From NCBI GenBank assembly GCA_032718475.1, contig JAUCBJ010001948.1, forward strand, positions 52,999 through 116,998: a stretch of DNA of 64,000 nt. The letters run 5' to 3'. A program made the translations under genes and the position numbers. Positions 60,494 through 64,000 of the stretch are shown in pieces. The notes beneath the pieces were generated by a model. It was not told where the DNA came from and ran no database searches. It saw only the letters and a list, made by a program, of their open reading frames with translations. Each line of letters begins with the position of its first letter. Within the stretch, counting starts at the first letter, position 1. Source of the DNA: Nemertoderma westbladi (lineage: Eukaryota; Animalia; Xenacoelomorpha).

Positions 60494-63400
60494 TCACCAG
60501 GAATTGGTTCTCTCCTCTTCTGCCACCCTGAAATCGGGTCTCTCCGCCGCCTTCTTAACTATCTCGTCTCCTGGCATCAAAATGCCACCTCCCACCTTGT
60601 TATCTCCCGGCGGCAGAATGAATAGAAAGTGAAAGAACAGGCAAAACAGAAGGTACAATAGTAGTCCTATCCCTTTCCATCCTGTCTTCCTTCTCGACTT
60701 CCCCCTTGTCGGTATGCCTCTCAACCGGACCGGCGTCTCTTCCGGACACCCCTCTGGACACTCCTCCGGACACTCCTCCGGACTATTGTCCTCCTGACAC
60801 TCCACCGGACACTCCTCCGGTTTGTCCTCCGGACATCTCGCCGTCCGCTCCTCTCCATCTCCATACCGATACTTGCTGGGAAATCTATTCTCCTCCGCCC
60901 ACTCTCTTACTGTTACTTCCCTGTCTGGCTCTACTATCTCCTGTTTCTCCTCTTCGTCCTCTGCGTCTACGGTGCCTGGTAACATGCACCCTGATGTCTC
61001 TGTCACACTGCGATGGGATCTTGGTTTTAACTGGGCCGCTAAGCGTCCATCCGAACGGCGTGAGGATCGCCGTCGGGTCCCGCTGCCTGTCTTCGCCGAA
61101 GACCGTCTGTGTTCTCTCGTGGGCCGTCGGGCAGTCCATTCCTACTATAATGGATACCTTCCTAACGTCCACCTCTGGTATTGAGAAATCGATACCGTCC
61201 AGGAATGTATATTGTTCGACTTCGATGTTGGTTGGTCGCCTGGCGTTGATATTTATCGATTCTATGACGTGGATGGGGTCGATCGTCGCCCCATAGTCGC
61301 ATCCCGGTGCAATCGCTGATATCCTGCACCGTCCCGTCCTCATCTCCAGGACCTCATCTTTACTTGAGACGGTAGTTACCGCCATTCTATTCGGCCTCGT
61401 CTTTAGCCCTATCTCTTCGGCCACCCAGTTCTCCACCAGCGTGAAGGCTGCTCCGCTGTCGACCAGCATTAATGTCGTTACTGATCGACCGCCCTCTCCT
61501 GATATCTTCACTGGTACTACCCCGAGTAGTACTTTTCTCTTGTTTCTTGCCACTGTCGTGCTTGTAGCCATTGTTTGGCCTCCAGTCTCGGACTCTCTCT
61601 GCTGTTTCTCTACACTCTCCGGATCTGTGTCCTTCTACCACACATCGATGACATAGTCCGTTTGCGTCTGTGTAGGCTATACGATCTTGTTTGGGCAACG
61701 CTTGCCAGTGCTTACAACTCATGGTCTTATGGGTTCCGTCCCGATGTAATTGACATTCGAATCCTGGATTATAGCGTTCCCTATATAGTCCTTCACGTAT
61801 CGCGCGTAGGTTTATATCTACCGATTTAGTGTTTTGGTTGTCTGTACTCGGCCTACTGGGTATGTTGGGATTATGTTTATTTATGGTGTTATTTTCTTTC
61901 TGTCCCTGCCACGGTGTGGCCCTACTCCCAGCTAACTGTGGGCTTGTAGCCCCCTGTGTGGCCGCGTGTGGTAGCGACTGTCTTACTCTCGAGAATGGAT
62001 CTGCAGGATTGTGTTCGGGTCTAGGCCTGTTGTATTCGGTCTTTGGCGCCTTCCCCAAACTATCCTCACTATAGACTGGGTCTGTAATTAATTCGGCTTC
62101 ATAGTTTAGGAAGCTCGACATTTCTTCTAGGCCCGGTTCCGCACCTTTCTTCTCTCGAGTGGAGAAGGCGATCTTCCTCCACTTGCTCCGCAGCCAGATC
62201 GGCAGTGCCTGCGCTATCGTGGTGATGTTATTAGATGCGTTGAGTTCGTATGGCGCGTCTAGCGTCTTTAACACGATTAACGCCTTCTCGACCTTGTTCG
62301 CAAAGGTCTTTATGCTAACGGGGTTATCCTGTAGGCCACCCGATGTTATACCTCTCAGGGTTTGCCGGATGATCTTGGCTGGGTGTCCGTATTCCCTGTC
62401 TAGCGCCCGCCATGCTGTCGTGAAGCCGCCCTCGATGCCCTGGTACTGCCTCACGATGTCGTATGCTGGGCCTCCTGTATACACCTGTAGATATTTTAGG
62501 CACTCCGCCTGCGTCAAGTTCTTACTTAATATCTCGTTGCTGTACATGCGCCGAAATTGCAGGTATTCTTCCGGCCTACTTCCGTCGAATTTAAATGGCT
62601 CGACTGGTGGTAACTCGATCCTGGTCTTTAATGCATCGATTAGCGTCGCCATTCCCATCGCCTGTGCTTCCAATGGGTTCGAGGGATGCTGTACAGATTC
62701 TCCTGTTGGGTGCGATCCGTTCGTCCTATCTGCTGTTGATCTTTTTGTTGCGTCGGATATATCATTGGGGGTAACGGCCCCCTCCATATTTCCGTGTCGC
62801 ACGACCTGTTCTCGTCCAGGGGGTTCGATGTTCTTATTGCTGTTCGAGTATATTGTTGATATTGTAATGGGGGAATGTCACCCTGTCCCCCCCCCCCCCC
62901 CCCCACCGGTATGTTTGGTACTGGGGTTGATGTTAATATATTGGGGCCCATACATCTATCTAGCAATAACTCTCCCCTCCCCTGGATATATGTTATGTCC
63001 CTGTGTATTATAGTCATGCTGCTGTACCGGTACCGATATAGGCCTATCTACTTCTCGCCTACCTACCGGTATGTACTCCGCGACTTCCGGGTTTAATCCC
63101 GTCGTCCGCGCTACCCTATCGCCTACTCTATCTCTCCCAGCATGGCCTATAATAGTATGTGCAGTAAGGCCTACAGTATGTCCTGCAGTCTGCATGTGCC
63201 CTTCCGAACCGAAGTTTATTCTTCGCGAATCTCGAATCTCCCCGCGACTACCGTACTCTCGATCGGCAGCTATATCCCGTCGGGAAGTTTCTCTTCGATC
63301 CCCACTTCTGTTCTCGTCTTCGTATCGGTACGTCCTGTACCCCTCTCTTGGCGTGCGGTGCGTTTCTCCGGGGCGACGGCAATCTCCCGAAGTTCGACCC

Positions 63401-63825
63401 CACTGACTCCCTAACCCCATCTCTACTATCGACGGCTCGCTATCCGTCCTCGCTCTCCGGTTGCTCCTAGCAACGACTCTTCTATTATCTTCACTTCTTC
63501 TCTCTTCGACCTCTCGGTTAAACTCTACTAATCTTCTTCTATCTTCGACCTCTCGGTTAAACTCTACTAATCTTCTTCTCTCTTCTGACTGGGCTCGACG
63601 TCTCGTCGCTCGCCCACTCTCGGCGCTAACATCTGACTCTACTCTGTCCGGTTGGACCTTCCTGGGGATACTCGCCATCCCCCTACTATTCTCCGTCGTC
63701 GGGTGCCGCGGTTCACCTAACTTGCCCCGCGCATTATCCGCCGACGCCTGTGGGACACTCTCTGCCCCCCCTCTCTCGTCTACTAATCTCTCGTGGTGGG
63801 GCGCCCGTAGCCCCCCCCCCCCCAC
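60494..63825 (-). pseudogene. Frameshifted Gag-protease polyprotein of element 4 with atypical acidic/hydrophobic C-terminus
   Basis: Overlapping ORFs 62956-63825, 62640-63017, 61387-62802 (Gag), 60885-61571 (protease) and 60494-61006; some shifts are near C homopolymers. Confidence 0.72.
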
Positions 63826-64000
63826 CCGCCACTTCTAACTTCACTATCTCTTACTACACTTCTGCGTCCCTCTTGTCGGACATTCTCTACCCCCCCTCTC
63901 TCGCCACTAATCTTCCGTGGTGGGGCGCCCGTAGCCCCCCCCCCCCCCCCACCCGCTACTTCTAACTTCACTACCTCTTACTACACTTCTACACCCCTCT

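Larger units (their letters stand above)
58559..64000 (-). mobile_element. Bel/Pao-derived element 4 (Gag plus protease only, no RT/IN before the putative 3' LTR); 5' part outside window
   Basis: Gag FKFDG..EYLQF..LKYL..GPA..AW..L...YG, CCHC-like knuckles, LVDSGA protease and TPFGWTLSGP. PPT G9AG (59131-59141) is followed by a TGTGAG...TCACA segment (59130-58559). Second LTR not visible. Confidence 0.78.

Overview
AT-rich eukaryotic (invertebrate-like) genomic window dominated by nested mobile DNA. It holds four Bel/Pao LTR retrotransposons. (1) <1-11702 (+) is a young non-autonomous copy with ~1.16-kb near-identical LTRs and a Gag-protease ORF lacking RT and integrase. (2) 19436-37194 (-) is a full-length but disabled relative of (1). 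(3) 45307-51945 (+) is an unrelated, almost intact element with 409-bp LTRs and a CATAG TSD. (4) 58559->64000 (-) is another Gag-protease-only element. The window also contains three RTE-like LINE remnants, several MITE/foldback elements with minisatellite arms, tRNA-derived elements, and two intronless host genes (N6AMT1/HemK2 and a cytosolic sulfotransferase). The family of elements 1 and 2 is the most unusual part. It has no tRNA primer-binding site; the 11 nt after the LTR are instead complementary to a conserved motif inside the LTR, suggesting possible self-priming. It has a ~2.2-kb leader and a conserved ~1.6-kb non-coding block after pol with duplicated stem-loop/pseudoknot units. It also has an extra non-env ORF whose N- and C-termini are shared between the two copies while the central module is different (zinc knuckles versus coiled coil). 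All alignments were done by eye, so identities are approximate.
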